In this document: positions 1 to 9,571 of the stretch, in pieces
Layout of the letters: each line of letters begins with the position of its first letter
Numbering within the stretch: position 1 is the first letter of the stretch
Origin: Pelagomonas calceolata
Taxonomy: Eukaryota
Direction of reading: 5' to 3'
Assembly: GCA_918797485.1 (NCBI GenBank)
Contig: CAKKNE010000001.1
Coordinates: 3,968,001-4,032,000, forward strand
Length of the DNA: 64,000 bases
Notes under the pieces: model-generated
Database searches by the model: none
What the model saw: the letters and a program-made list of their open reading frames with translations, nothing else
What the model was told of the DNA's origin: nothing
Made by a program: the position numbers and the translations under genes

Positions 1-485
1 AGCCGCGCGCAGCGCGGTATGGAAAGCGCCTCGCGCTGCCTCTGCATCAATTCCGCGATCGTCGGCCGCGGCACCATGGGCGGCCGCCGCCGCGCCGGCG
101 CGGACCGCGGCCTCGCGATGGTGGTCCGCGGTTCGGAGGCCGCGATCGCGGTGTCCAGGGCCCGCTCCTCGACCGACGGCCGCCGCGTCGCCGGCGCGGA
201 CCGCGGCCGCGCCTGGCGCCGTGCCCGCGCCTGCTGCTCCCTCAATTCAGCCTGCTGCTTCGCCTGGCGCGCGGCCCGCCGCCTTTCCCGCTCCCTATCC
301 GCAGCTTTTTTCCGCAGCTCCGCGTGCCGCCGCTTCTGCCTCAGATGGTCGTGCGGGATGCGCGGCGCGTCCAGTGGGATGGCATGATACGTGAACAGCG
401 ACGTCGCGCCCGGCGGGTCGTTGATGGAGATGACCGGCCGCGGCGGGCGCTTCAGTCTTATTCCCGGTCGTGACACGCCGTACAT
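1..485 (-). CDS. Hypothetical charged/coiled-coil protein, runs off the left edge (partial)
   Basis: ATG at 485 (minus) reads MYGVSRPGIRLKRPPRPVISINDPPGATSLFTYHAIPLDAPRIPHDHLRQKRRHAELRKK... and stays open to the edge; divergent from the gene at 892. Confidence 0.6.
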   Translation of the reverse strand, partial: MYGVSRPGIRLKRPPRPVISINDPPGATSLFTYHAIPLDAPRIPHDHLRQKRRHAELRKKAADRERERRRAARQAKQQAELREQQARARRQARPRSAPATRRPSVEERALDTAIAASEPRTTIARPRSAPARRRPPMVPRPTIAELMQRQREALSIPRCAR

Positions 486-730
486 GGTTGTTGCTCTTGC
501 GTTTTACGGCTGCCCGTCGATGTGTTTCGCGGGCTGCCCGACGGCGTCTTCGCGTCGACCGCGTCCAGACCACGGAAGCTCTGGGTGGTCGCGTCTGTGT
601 TGCTCTCTTTGCAGCGCCTGCGTCTCTGCGTTGAGTCCGGAGAGCAGCCGAGGAGGAAGCCTGCGTGCGAAGTGTTCTCTGTCTCTGAACTCGTCGCACG
701 CCTGGAAGATTGCTTACAAACCCGCCGAGA

Positions 731-753
731 GCTAGCGTAGCAGGACACTAGCA
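731..753 (+). promoter_or_regulatory. Two-CTAG intergenic element copy (GCTAGCGTAGCAGGACACTAGCA)
   Basis: Matches the recurrent consensus; lies between divergent genes 485(-) and 892(+). Confidence 0.6.
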
Positions 754-891
754 GCAAAAAGTGGACAACTTTTGAGGCGCCGCGAGGAGCGCACCGATCG
801 TTTCAGCGCGTGCCGAAGCATCACCAGTACCACACAACCCAGCTCCTCCCACTGCCGAGCGCTGGACCTCAAAATCGACGCCTGCTAAGAG

Positions 892-1995
892 ATGGACGTC
901 GTCCTGCCCCCGCAGACGACGGCGCCGCAGCGCACGGTCCAGCCGCCGGCGCACTTGAAAGGCGTCGCCTTCCCGCGCGACGGCTCTCCGCAAGAACCGT
1001 CAAAAAAGGAGGAAGGCTTGAGTGCTGACGAGCTCGCGAAGCGCCAAGCACGGCTGCAGAAGCGCGGTGCTCTGTTGCGGAAGGTTTTAGGTGCGGGCAC
1101 GTACGTGGTCGACGAAGTGGGCGACTACCGAAGGAAGAAGGTGAAAGTGTACGTCCAGTACGAAGGGTTCCAGCCCGGCGCGATCGATCGCAAAAAGGAA
1201 CTGCGAGTAGCTATATCCTTGCCAGATTCATGGGTCGACGCGCCCGCGAAACGGTTGAAGGAGGCCTTCCTCAAGACCTACAACTCGAGGTTCCGCAAGT
1301 CTCAAATTGGGGACTGCCTGCTCGCGGTCAAGGACGACTCTTATTTGACCTTTTCCAAAAATGTGATAGGCGACGACCGGTTGATCGGCGATGTGTTCCG
1401 GGAGAACGACGAGGTTTTTGTGGTCACGGAACAAGATGTTGCTGACTTGGATGCGGAGGTGGCAAAGCTAAAAAAAATACTAAGTGACTACGAGGCCGAG
1501 GTCGAGAAGAACTCGACGGTGGACATGGAAGAGTTAACGAAACTGACCACGATCAGCCGAGAGATCGACCCGGAGCAAGCCCATTGCTTGTTGATAGGCA
1601 TGCGCCAGTGCTACATGCTGCCCGTCGGGCCCGAGTATACCGTGGCGGACGTCAAGCGCTTCATCAATCATAAGGGCGGGAGGGACGCCTACCCGCTCGG
1701 GTCGCTGGATGTGGCCCTGGTGGAGAATTTCGAGATCAATGTGTTGGGCGATGGTGATACGATGGAGGCGCTATGTAAACGGGTGTATGGCGAGGAGGCG
1801 TCGTTGCCCAGGACAATCCCGCTGTACTGGGGCAAGCGGCTCCAGGACCCCAAGTACTTCCTCTGGATCCCGACGCTGCACACGCCCGATTCCTTTAGAG
1901 GGCCCGGCGACGAGAACAGTGCCGAAGCCAAAAAGTCCGGGGCCGAGCTGGCGAACGACATGGTCAACTCGGGCGGCGACTGTAGCGTTATGTAG
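892..1995 (+). CDS. Protein with probable ubiquitin-like folds and C-terminal CaaX box
   Basis: 367-aa ORF with coding-like composition; YTVADVKRFI resembles a Ubl; ends in CSVM. Confidence 0.65.
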   Translation: MDVVLPPQTTAPQRTVQPPAHLKGVAFPRDGSPQEPSKKEEGLSADELAKRQARLQKRGALLRKVLGAGTYVVDEVGDYRRKKVKVYVQYEGFQPGAIDRKKELRVAISLPDSWVDAPAKRLKEAFLKTYNSRFRKSQIGDCLLAVKDDSYLTFSKNVIGDDRLIGDVFRENDEVFVVTEQDVADLDAEVAKLKKILSDYEAEVEKNSTVDMEELTKLTTISREIDPEQAHCLLIGMRQCYMLPVGPEYTVADVKRFINHKGGRDAYPLGSLDVALVENFEINVLGDGDTMEALCKRVYGEEASLPRTIPLYWGKRLQDPKYFLWIPTLHTPDSFRGPGDENSAEAKKSGAELANDMVNSGGDCSVM

Positions 1996-2119
1996 TTTTG
2001 TAATTTACTCTTTGAATTAATTGTGCAGTCTCCGCCTCGCTCGTCGGTGCGATGGCGTATGAGGTCTGGGGGCAGGTCGGCGGCTCAGCGGCTAGGTGGC
2101 CGAGCTCCGAGCAAGGCAA

Positions 2120-3325
2120 TCATGCGACGCGCCGCCGGCGCCGCCGCGCCGGCCGCCAGTGCATCGAGATGCCCTCGGTCGCGTCCAATAATAGGCCATC
2201 CGAAGCGAGCCACGCGCCGCGCTCTTCACTCTCACCGTCGTACTTCATCATGAAGCCCCGCGCGGCCAGAAACCGATCCGGCAGCTCGTTCGGATTAATT
2301 GTGGTATGGCGGCTGTGGGGCCCGAGGTGCCGGACGAGTTTCGCGCGGTACCACGTCGGCGCGCCGTCGAGCTCCCACTGCACTTCCACATTCATCCCTG
2401 GTCTCAAATCAGCCGTCTCGCGCGTGGCCAATTCGGTCGCCGCGCCGCGCGCCGCCGCCGCGACGACTTCAGGGAAGGGCGTCCGACACAGCGGGCAGCG
2501 CTGCGCCTGGGCAACACCGCCGCGCTCGCGCCGCGCCGCGCGGTCGTGCGCCGCCTGCTGCGCCACGCAGGCCGTGTGGAATTGGTGCGCGCACGCCGTC
2601 GAGAACGCCTCCTCGTCGCGGATCGGCGCGAGGCAGATGGCACACTCCGCCTCGGGCGCCCTGGCCTCCTCCTCGTCGTCGGACACGTCGTCAAAATCCA
2701 GACGGCGCCGCGGGCTCGCGGCGTCGGCGTGGCGGCGCAGGCGCGGCGGCGGCGGCGCGTCGTCGTCCGACGAGTCCGACGAGTCGTCGGAGTCCGAGCC
2801 GGCGGCGACGGCCGCGGCGTCGAGAGCGTCGGCGGCGACGAGCGGGTCGTCGCGGTCGGCCCGCGCAAAGGCCCGCCGCCCGCTGTCTAGCGTCGTCGTC
2901 TGCAGCCGCGACGCGCCGCCCTCGCCGCTCGCCCGGTAGTCCCGCAGATCCTGCGGCGAGTGCGCCAGGCAGTACGGCTCGGCCATGTTGTAGCCGTAGT
3001 CGCCCCTTAAAACAGCTGCAGAAAACGAGTCCGCGTGGACGTCGCGGCGGCAGACCGCGCAGTAGGCGTAGCCGGGCGGCGGCGCGCCATCATCATCGTC
3101 GCTCGAGTCGCTCGACTCGTCGACGAGGCCGCGGCGCTTCTTCCGCGGCGCGGGCGGCGGCCGCGCGCGGCGCCGCGCGCGCCGCGGCGTCCGGAACGCG
3201 GCCGGCGCCATGGCCTCGTCGCTGTCCGAGTCCTGCACGTCGTCCTCGGCGCTGTCGTCCTCGCTGCTCTGGACCTCGAAGTCCGAGTCCCAGGCGTCCG
3301 GGTTCGGTCTCGGGCGCGTAGCCAT
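2120..3325 (-). CDS. RING-H2 zinc finger protein with an additional Cys/His finger and a possible Tudor-like C-terminus
   Basis: CAICL...CAHQFHTAC...CPLCR; CAVC...FS...YCLAH; LRPGMNVEVQW...WYRAK; ATG at 3325. Confidence 0.75.
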   Translation of the reverse strand: MATRPRPNPDAWDSDFEVQSSEDDSAEDDVQDSDSDEAMAPAAFRTPRRARRRARPPPAPRKKRRGLVDESSDSSDDDDGAPPPGYAYCAVCRRDVHADSFSAAVLRGDYGYNMAEPYCLAHSPQDLRDYRASGEGGASRLQTTTLDSGRRAFARADRDDPLVAADALDAAAVAAGSDSDDSSDSSDDDAPPPPRLRRHADAASPRRRLDFDDVSDDEEEARAPEAECAICLAPIRDEEAFSTACAHQFHTACVAQQAAHDRAARRERGGVAQAQRCPLCRTPFPEVVAAAARGAATELATRETADLRPGMNVEVQWELDGAPTWYRAKLVRHLGPHSRHTTINPNELPDRFLAARGFMMKYDGESEERGAWLASDGLLLDATEGISMHWRPARRRRRRVA

Positions 3326-3510
3326 AGCGAACCACGCCAGAAAGGCGCAAGCGATGTTTCGCCTTGAACGCAGCCGCGGGGACCGGTCGGCGCGCAAAAA
3401 CTAGGGAGCGCCGCGCTCAGCAGACGTCTGTGAAGTGTGCCGATGCGCAGCGTGTCGGTTGATTGGTTCCTGTGGCTATAGAGTCGGGAGAGCGCTGCAG
3501 CCAGGAGAGC

Positions 3511-3533
3511 CTCTAGAGCTTTTGTACGCTAGC
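3511..3533 (-). promoter_or_regulatory. Degenerate two-CTAG element (GCTAGCGTACAAAAGCTCTAGAG)
   Basis: Two CTAG cores 12 nt apart, between divergent genes 3325(-) and 3683(+). Confidence 0.4.
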
Positions 3534-3682
3534 TTTTTTGCGTTCGCCCACGCCTTACGCACCCAAACCGCCGTCAAACCAAGAACGAGAAGCAGCGACT
3601 GGTCGTGCGCCACCACCCGAGCACCGGTGGAGGCCCCACAAAAACAGCACCAAAACAAGGGCAGCCCCCACAGCACCAAAGC

Positions 3683-4864
3683 ATGCCCTTGGTCCACCGC
3701 CGCGTCGGCCGCATCGGCCGCAAGAAGACCTATGGCGGCCTCGCGGCGGTAGAACGCGCGAAGCAGGCGGGCACGCACAAGGCGCCCGACGGCCCCCCCA
3801 ATTGGTTCCTCGCGACACTTGTTATAGTAGGAGGCGGCTCGTTACTGTACAAGGTCTATGATCATCACCATTTACCGCGGGCGCCGCCCTTCCGAAAGGC
3901 CGTGCCGAACGATTTACATGCTATTCATGATTTGTTGGCTGTTGGAAGTGCTGGCGTGTTCCTGAACAACGAGGACAAGTCAGAAGTCTCACAAGCGGCG
4001 GATGCATTCGCAGAACTACTGGAAGAGATCCATCCCATTGAGGAGTGTAGACATGAAATCAGCGAAGCGAGGAAACGGCCTGACCTCGCCTCGCTCGGCG
4101 GCCGCATGGACCCATCGACGGCGGCGGCGGCGAACGCGGCCTGGCGCTGTTTACCAGCTCATTTTGAAGAGATCCACTTCGACAAGCCGTTTGAAGTGGC
4201 GCACGTCGGTTCTCCGGGTCTCGAGAAACGGGGTAGAAGAGCAAAGGTTTTAGATAGGACGCTGCTGGGCGCTTGTAAACCAACTTCATGGGACCGCGCT
4301 TGTAGTTTATGGGTGTCGCTGCATGCCTTGAGCGCGAGAGCGGATCAACTCGGAAAGTCGCGCGAATTCATCAGACACGTCTATCCGCTACTGGCGGGCG
4401 GCGCGACGCAGTGCGCCGCTTGTACGGACCATTTGCGCTTGTTCTTCCCCGGGCGAGGTGTACTCTACGATAAGGTCGTCCACGAGCTCTCGTATTGTGC
4501 GAACGTCCAATGCTCAAAAGCCCAGCAGCACACGGCGCCTTTAGCTCAGTGCGTGAGGAACCCGCGCGAGGAGTGCAGCACCAAAAGGCTAGGGAGAGAA
4601 AGGACGGACATCCAGAATTTCAAGTCGTGGCTGCGCTCGAGGACGGACGACAACTCGTTCGACGTGTTCGTCGTCCTGCACAACCTCGTGACGGACGCCG
4701 TGCGGACGCCGGAGGTGAAGCGGTATCTTTGTGCGGATGATGCCTATCGGCACCTGCCTGTTGATTTGGGCGGTGGTCTTCCTCGTCCGAAGCGGCCGCC
4801 CTTGCCTCACGGCATCAAAATCCCGGGCATCGGGCCGCACCGGCTCCTGGACTGCCCCGAATAA
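3683..4864 (+). CDS. Membrane-anchored Erv/ALR-type FAD sulfhydryl oxidase-like protein
   Basis: TM segment WFLATLVIVGGGSLLY; CSLWVSLH, CAACTDH (CxxCxxH) and LHNLV motifs of the Erv fold. Confidence 0.65.
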   Translation: MPLVHRRVGRIGRKKTYGGLAAVERAKQAGTHKAPDGPPNWFLATLVIVGGGSLLYKVYDHHHLPRAPPFRKAVPNDLHAIHDLLAVGSAGVFLNNEDKSEVSQAADAFAELLEEIHPIEECRHEISEARKRPDLASLGGRMDPSTAAAANAAWRCLPAHFEEIHFDKPFEVAHVGSPGLEKRGRRAKVLDRTLLGACKPTSWDRACSLWVSLHALSARADQLGKSREFIRHVYPLLAGGATQCAACTDHLRLFFPGRGVLYDKVVHELSYCANVQCSKAQQHTAPLAQCVRNPREECSTKRLGRERTDIQNFKSWLRSRTDDNSFDVFVVLHNLVTDAVRTPEVKRYLCADDAYRHLPVDLGGGLPRPKRPPLPHGIKIPGIGPHRLLDCPE

Positions 4865-5192
4865 CTAGTGTGTCTTTTTTATCTCTTCTGCGCGCGGCGA
4901 TGGCGTAGATCGTCGGCTAACCCGGCACTCTCCCGAGTCGAGTCAACAGCGCCTATGTAAGAATGTAATGAATTGTGTAGAACGTGGCCGCGGTCCCGCG
5001 CGCGGCGTGAATTCCTGGACATCCTTGGTGCTCGTATCGCTCCGGGCGGACGATCGAGCGCTCTAACGACGCCTGCGCCGCGCGACGACGCGCCTACCTC
5101 ACCCCCCTCCTTCGATTATTTTCATGCATTTTGCTGGCTGTGGACGTCGGCGGCCGGTGCGGACCGAATTAGTGAAGGGGGGCTTTGCAACA

Positions 5193-6866
5193 ATGCGCCT
5201 CCCATGCATTCTTACAATAGCGGCGCTGCTGCGCGCCAGCGGGCAGCCCCGCAACGCCACCACGGCCCAGGCGAGGAGGCGCCTCCAGGGCGGCGGCGTG
5301 ACGGCGGTCGTCATCACGGTGCACAACGCTCTGGCCTCCACGATTGACTGCCTCGAAGCATTGGTCGCGACGGCGCGAGGCAGCGTGCGATTGAAAGTCG
5401 TATTGGTGCTCGACAACTGCGACGGCCCTACTACCGCATCTCTCACAACGTGGAGTCGACGACGGGGCCGGCAGGACGATGTTGTTGTATTAACAAATCA
5501 TTCGTCCTATTCCTTAGCAGCCAACGAAGGGTTGCGAGCCGCACTCCACGCGGAGGACGTCGACGCGGTCGCGCTCCTGAACAGCGACACGGTCCCATCG
5601 ACGGGCTGGCTCCACGGGCTTCGACGCGTCCTCTTCTCCCCACCGACCGACGACGACCTGGCCGACGCCTTCGCCGCGGCGGACGTCGACGAGAACGAGA
5701 TGGTCACCGCGACGGAACTCGCCAATTACCGGCTGCACCCCGGGGAAGACGCGGAGTTTTTTGAAAAGCTCAAACCGTATGACAAGAATGGCGACGGTGC
5801 CCTGACCTGGCCGGAGGTGTGTCCTGAAGCCACGGATGTTCCGGTGCGAGGTTGTGATGATCGGGACTGGGCCTGCGCTCCTCGCTCTCAGGATGACGAC
5901 GTCGCGGGGTTGTTGCCTCCGAGGCTGGCCGCTGTAGGTGCTTTGTCGAACGCGGCCTCGTACCAGACGGTGCCCTGGCCGACGCCGCGGAATCGAAGAG
6001 AACGGAGAGCAGTACGAGGCTGGAACGTCGTGGCGCTGCCGGCGGGCTGGACGCCGGAGACGGCGGCGCGCGCTGCTAGACTAGGGGCGACGGGGCGGCG
6101 CGCGGACGCGGGGTTGCTCAACGGCTTCTGCATGCTGCTGTCGCGGGACGCCATCGACGCCGTCGGGTTGCTAGATGAAGCTACGTATCCAGGTGGTTAC
6201 GGGGAGGAGAACGACTGGGCGGTTCGGGCGAGACGCGCGGGCTGGGGCCTGGCGGTCGTGCCCGGCGTGCACCTCTTCCACGCGAAGACCCAGTCCTACT
6301 CCATCGAGAGACGTCAAGAATTAAAATTGATAGCAAGGGAGAACTCGCGCGCGAAGTGGTCGCATGGCGAAGTCGGGTTAGCGGAACGACTGCTGAAGCG
6401 GTCGCCTCATTTAAGTTTGGCGCGACACGTCGCCGAGCTCCAGTACACGGGCTGGCGCGCCAAGGCCCTCGCGGCGGCGCCGACCGCCGCCCTTGTATTA
6501 GTCGAGGGCGGCGCGCAGCCGCCGGACTGGCTCCAGAACGCGGCGGCCGTGCGGCGCAACGCGCGGCTGTTCGTGCGGTCCTGCGTCGTCGGCGCCGTCG
6601 ACGTGGACACGTGCGCCGATTACCTCGTGGCGCCGGTCTTTGACTACGTCGTCTCGACGGGGCCCAAAGGCAAGACGACGGCCGAGGCCATCAACCGGTG
6701 CCACCCGAACGTCGTGCACGTCGACGGGTCGCGGCAGCGGCCGTCCGTACTCGACGTGCACGCGCCGCGCGTGGCGGCGTCCCAGGCTCCGAGGCGGGGG
6801 GCCGCCGCCGCCGCCGCCGCCGCCGCGATGGACTTCCCGGCGTTGTACCATATGGCCAACCCCTGA
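5193..6866 (+). CDS. Family 2 glycosyltransferase with signal peptide and inserted EF-hand pair
   Basis: VVITVHNA, LLNSDT, LNGFCM, GYGEENDW; EF-hand-like loops DVDENEMVTATE and DKNGDGALTWPE. Confidence 0.8.
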   Translation: MRLPCILTIAALLRASGQPRNATTAQARRRLQGGGVTAVVITVHNALASTIDCLEALVATARGSVRLKVVLVLDNCDGPTTASLTTWSRRRGRQDDVVVLTNHSSYSLAANEGLRAALHAEDVDAVALLNSDTVPSTGWLHGLRRVLFSPPTDDDLADAFAAADVDENEMVTATELANYRLHPGEDAEFFEKLKPYDKNGDGALTWPEVCPEATDVPVRGCDDRDWACAPRSQDDDVAGLLPPRLAAVGALSNAASYQTVPWPTPRNRRERRAVRGWNVVALPAGWTPETAARAARLGATGRRADAGLLNGFCMLLSRDAIDAVGLLDEATYPGGYGEENDWAVRARRAGWGLAVVPGVHLFHAKTQSYSIERRQELKLIARENSRAKWSHGEVGLAERLLKRSPHLSLARHVAELQYTGWRAKALAAAPTAALVLVEGGAQPPDWLQNAAAVRRNARLFVRSCVVGAVDVDTCADYLVAPVFDYVVSTGPKGKTTAEAINRCHPNVVHVDGSRQRPSVLDVHAPRVAASQAPRRGAAAAAAAAAMDFPALYHMANP

Positions 6867-7097
6867 CCGATGTGTTTTTTGCTCTAAGTTTTCCTGGTTT
6901 GGAGTCTTCTTACGCTCCAGAGGAGGGGCGTGGGACTAGTTCGGCGTGAGGGGCGGGTAGTCGGTGTAGCCCTCCGGGCCGGTGTAGGTGAGGTCGCCCA
7001 CCTTTCCCGTGGCTTTCAAATGGCCCGGCCGACTCGGAGGCGTTTAAATAAATAAATAATATTCTGTAACACAAAACTTAAAACTAGACCGACCGGA

Positions 7098-8240
7098 CTA
7101 CTTCCGCGCCCGGGCGGGCCGCTTCGCCGGCTTCGCGGCGGAGCCCGAAGGAGCCTTCCGCTTCGCCGCCTTTCGGGCCAAGTTCCGGCTCGCCTCGTGC
7201 TGGATCGCCGCGACGTCCTCCGCGTTATCGAAGCGGTCGACGCCGCGGCGGCGGCGCTGCGGCGTCGGCGCGTTCATGATCCTCTCGCGCGCCGGGACCC
7301 GCGCCGACAACGCCGCGCGCCGCGCCCACGCGCGTCGCTCCAGGGCGGCGGCGGACGCCTCGTGCGGCCGCGCGAACGCCAGGTCGAGCTCGACGAGCGC
7401 GTCGTGGTCCGCGGCCGTCATGTCGCGGTCGGTCGCCCGGTAGACGGCGTGGTTGGCGGTGTCGTAGTCGGCGCGCGCGACCGTGTTGTCCCGCTTACAA
7501 CAACTGCACCGCAGCTCGCCGTGGTGCGACCCGCCCTTCGCGTGCTCGAAGTCCACTAAAAGGCAGAGGAGCCCGCAGTCCGGGCACTCCTCCAGCTTCT
7601 TCGGGCCCTCCCACTCGCGCAGCTTCTTGTGCCGCAAGGCATACCTCGGCTCCGGTTCGCCGCGCTCCCGGGCCCGCTCGTCGGCGCGCTCGGACACGTG
7701 GTCGTCGTAGTGCGTCTGGTGCTTCTTCTTCTTGTCCTCGCCCGCTTTCATCGACGCCCGGCGCTCGATGGCTTTGTCACGCTTTTTCTGGGCGGCGCGC
7801 CTGACGGCGTCGGCTTGCCGCTCCTTCGCCTTCGCCTCCGAGTCCATCATGCCCCAGAACGAACGGCCGCACCAGTCTAGGTCCCAGGGCGCGATGACGA
7901 GCTTGTATTTGTAGAAGATGTCGATCGCTCCTTCGGCAGTAAATAAGGGGCTGCCGTCCTTCCCGTAGCTGACGCCCTGCGCGAAGTGGGCCCGCAGCGT
8001 GTGCCTTATCAGCGGAATTCGCGTCTGCTCTGGGTGGTTCGCGAAATACGCGCGCCACTCCGTCTTCGTCGCCGGCGTCCACCCCTCGCGTGCCAGGCCT
8101 CTGCGAAATCTGCCATACGGATACGGCGTCGGGTTGTTTATGTCGAACTTCGGCGGCTTGATGCTGCCGTCGTAGTCACCGATGCGCCTGATCTGTCTCT
8201 CTGTCCGCTTGAGCATGCCCTGTGGCGTGAGCCGCGCCAT
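7098..8240 (-). CDS. Hypothetical basic protein with Cys cluster (CPDCGLLC...CSCC) and NLS-like C-terminus
   Basis: Long ORF with ATG at 8240 and coding-like codon use. Confidence 0.6.
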   Translation of the reverse strand: MARLTPQGMLKRTERQIRRIGDYDGSIKPPKFDINNPTPYPYGRFRRGLAREGWTPATKTEWRAYFANHPEQTRIPLIRHTLRAHFAQGVSYGKDGSPLFTAEGAIDIFYKYKLVIAPWDLDWCGRSFWGMMDSEAKAKERQADAVRRAAQKKRDKAIERRASMKAGEDKKKKHQTHYDDHVSERADERARERGEPEPRYALRHKKLREWEGPKKLEECPDCGLLCLLVDFEHAKGGSHHGELRCSCCKRDNTVARADYDTANHAVYRATDRDMTAADHDALVELDLAFARPHEASAAALERRAWARRAALSARVPARERIMNAPTPQRRRRGVDRFDNAEDVAAIQHEASRNLARKAAKRKAPSGSAAKPAKRPARARK

Positions 8241-9571
8241 GCTGAATACGACGCGAAAGAGCTGAGCGGCTGCGCTGCGAGTGATGCACAGTTGCACACG
8301 CTGCAGAATGCAACGGCGTGATCCTATCGATGTGTTTTCAGCTCGCTTTGCCAAGCTCTCCCTCTCAGCCGGCAGCCGGCAGCGGGGCGCCCCGGACCGC
8401 ATCAGCCGCTGGTGACTCTAGGGGGTCTTAGCGTCGAGGAATAAGAGGGGTCTGTGCTCCAGCAGGACCCCTTGAGCCGCCGGGACCCGCGCTGCACGCC
8501 CGCGCGTCGCGTCGTTCACATCGCCTCGTAGCGCTCGACGTTGGAAGTTTGGTTGGGCCGTGACGCCAGCCTGGTGGACCACGGCTGGAAGGACGGGAAA
8601 TCACTGCGAGTGGGGATGTGCAAAACGTGGACGATGCGGTGTTTTTGCTGATTTCCCATTACCTAGAGTCTTAGGACTCCGGAAGACCCACCCGCCGACC
8701 CGCTCCAGCCTGTTTCCCTACATTTCCTTTGGTTGCATCCTAACTAGGCTAGCTACGTTTCACTTTTTTTGTCTGTTGTGGGGGGGAATTGACTTTTTTG
8801 GGCATTGGTGGCCGCGTCACACGCCGCGCCGACGGCGAAGCTGCCCAAATGAAAGGACATGCATTCGGCCAGCAAATTACAATTCCACGAATGCGCACGG
8901 CGCGATGCCGCGACGGCATCACTTCCCAGACTAGGCTGCCCTGTGCAGCCGCCTCAGCGGTGGTGCGCCGACCGACGCGCGCCGCGTCTTTACGCTGGCG
9001 AAACGAAAGCACAAGGATAGCACGGCGAGGTAACTTACACCTCAATGCCTAATTATTAGTCCGCAACAATGGCGGCCGGCGCCCGTACCAGCTCCGCGGC
9101 GCCGCTCAGTGGTCGTTCTGGGACAGCAGCGATGCGACGACGCGCCGCGGCGCACGACTGCTCGTCGGGTTGGCGACCGACTTGTCTGCCTGGGTCCATC
9201 GAGCTCTCGATACCACTACTCGCCGCGCGCTCGTGCCGAGCGCGCTACGCCGCGAGCTGCTGGCGGCGGCGGATCGCTCTGATGGAAAGCCTGCCGACGC
9301 TTGGGCCGTTCCAAAATTATACCTGACGCAAGCGCATAGACTCACTAGGCCGACAGAGAGGCAGGGCTTGTTGCTTGCACTCAGTAACAGTTTCAGCCCA
9401 GAATCGCTTCGACGGCGTGGTCGGGACGACGGACGAGGGCTCCACTACTCATAAAACGCCGCCAGACCTTTGGGACGCGTTACTTCCGCACCTGAGAGAC
9501 TTAAGACTCAAGAGAGTGCTGTGAACCACTTACAATTGTTGCCAGTGCGTGACGCATCGTGACGAGTAGCT

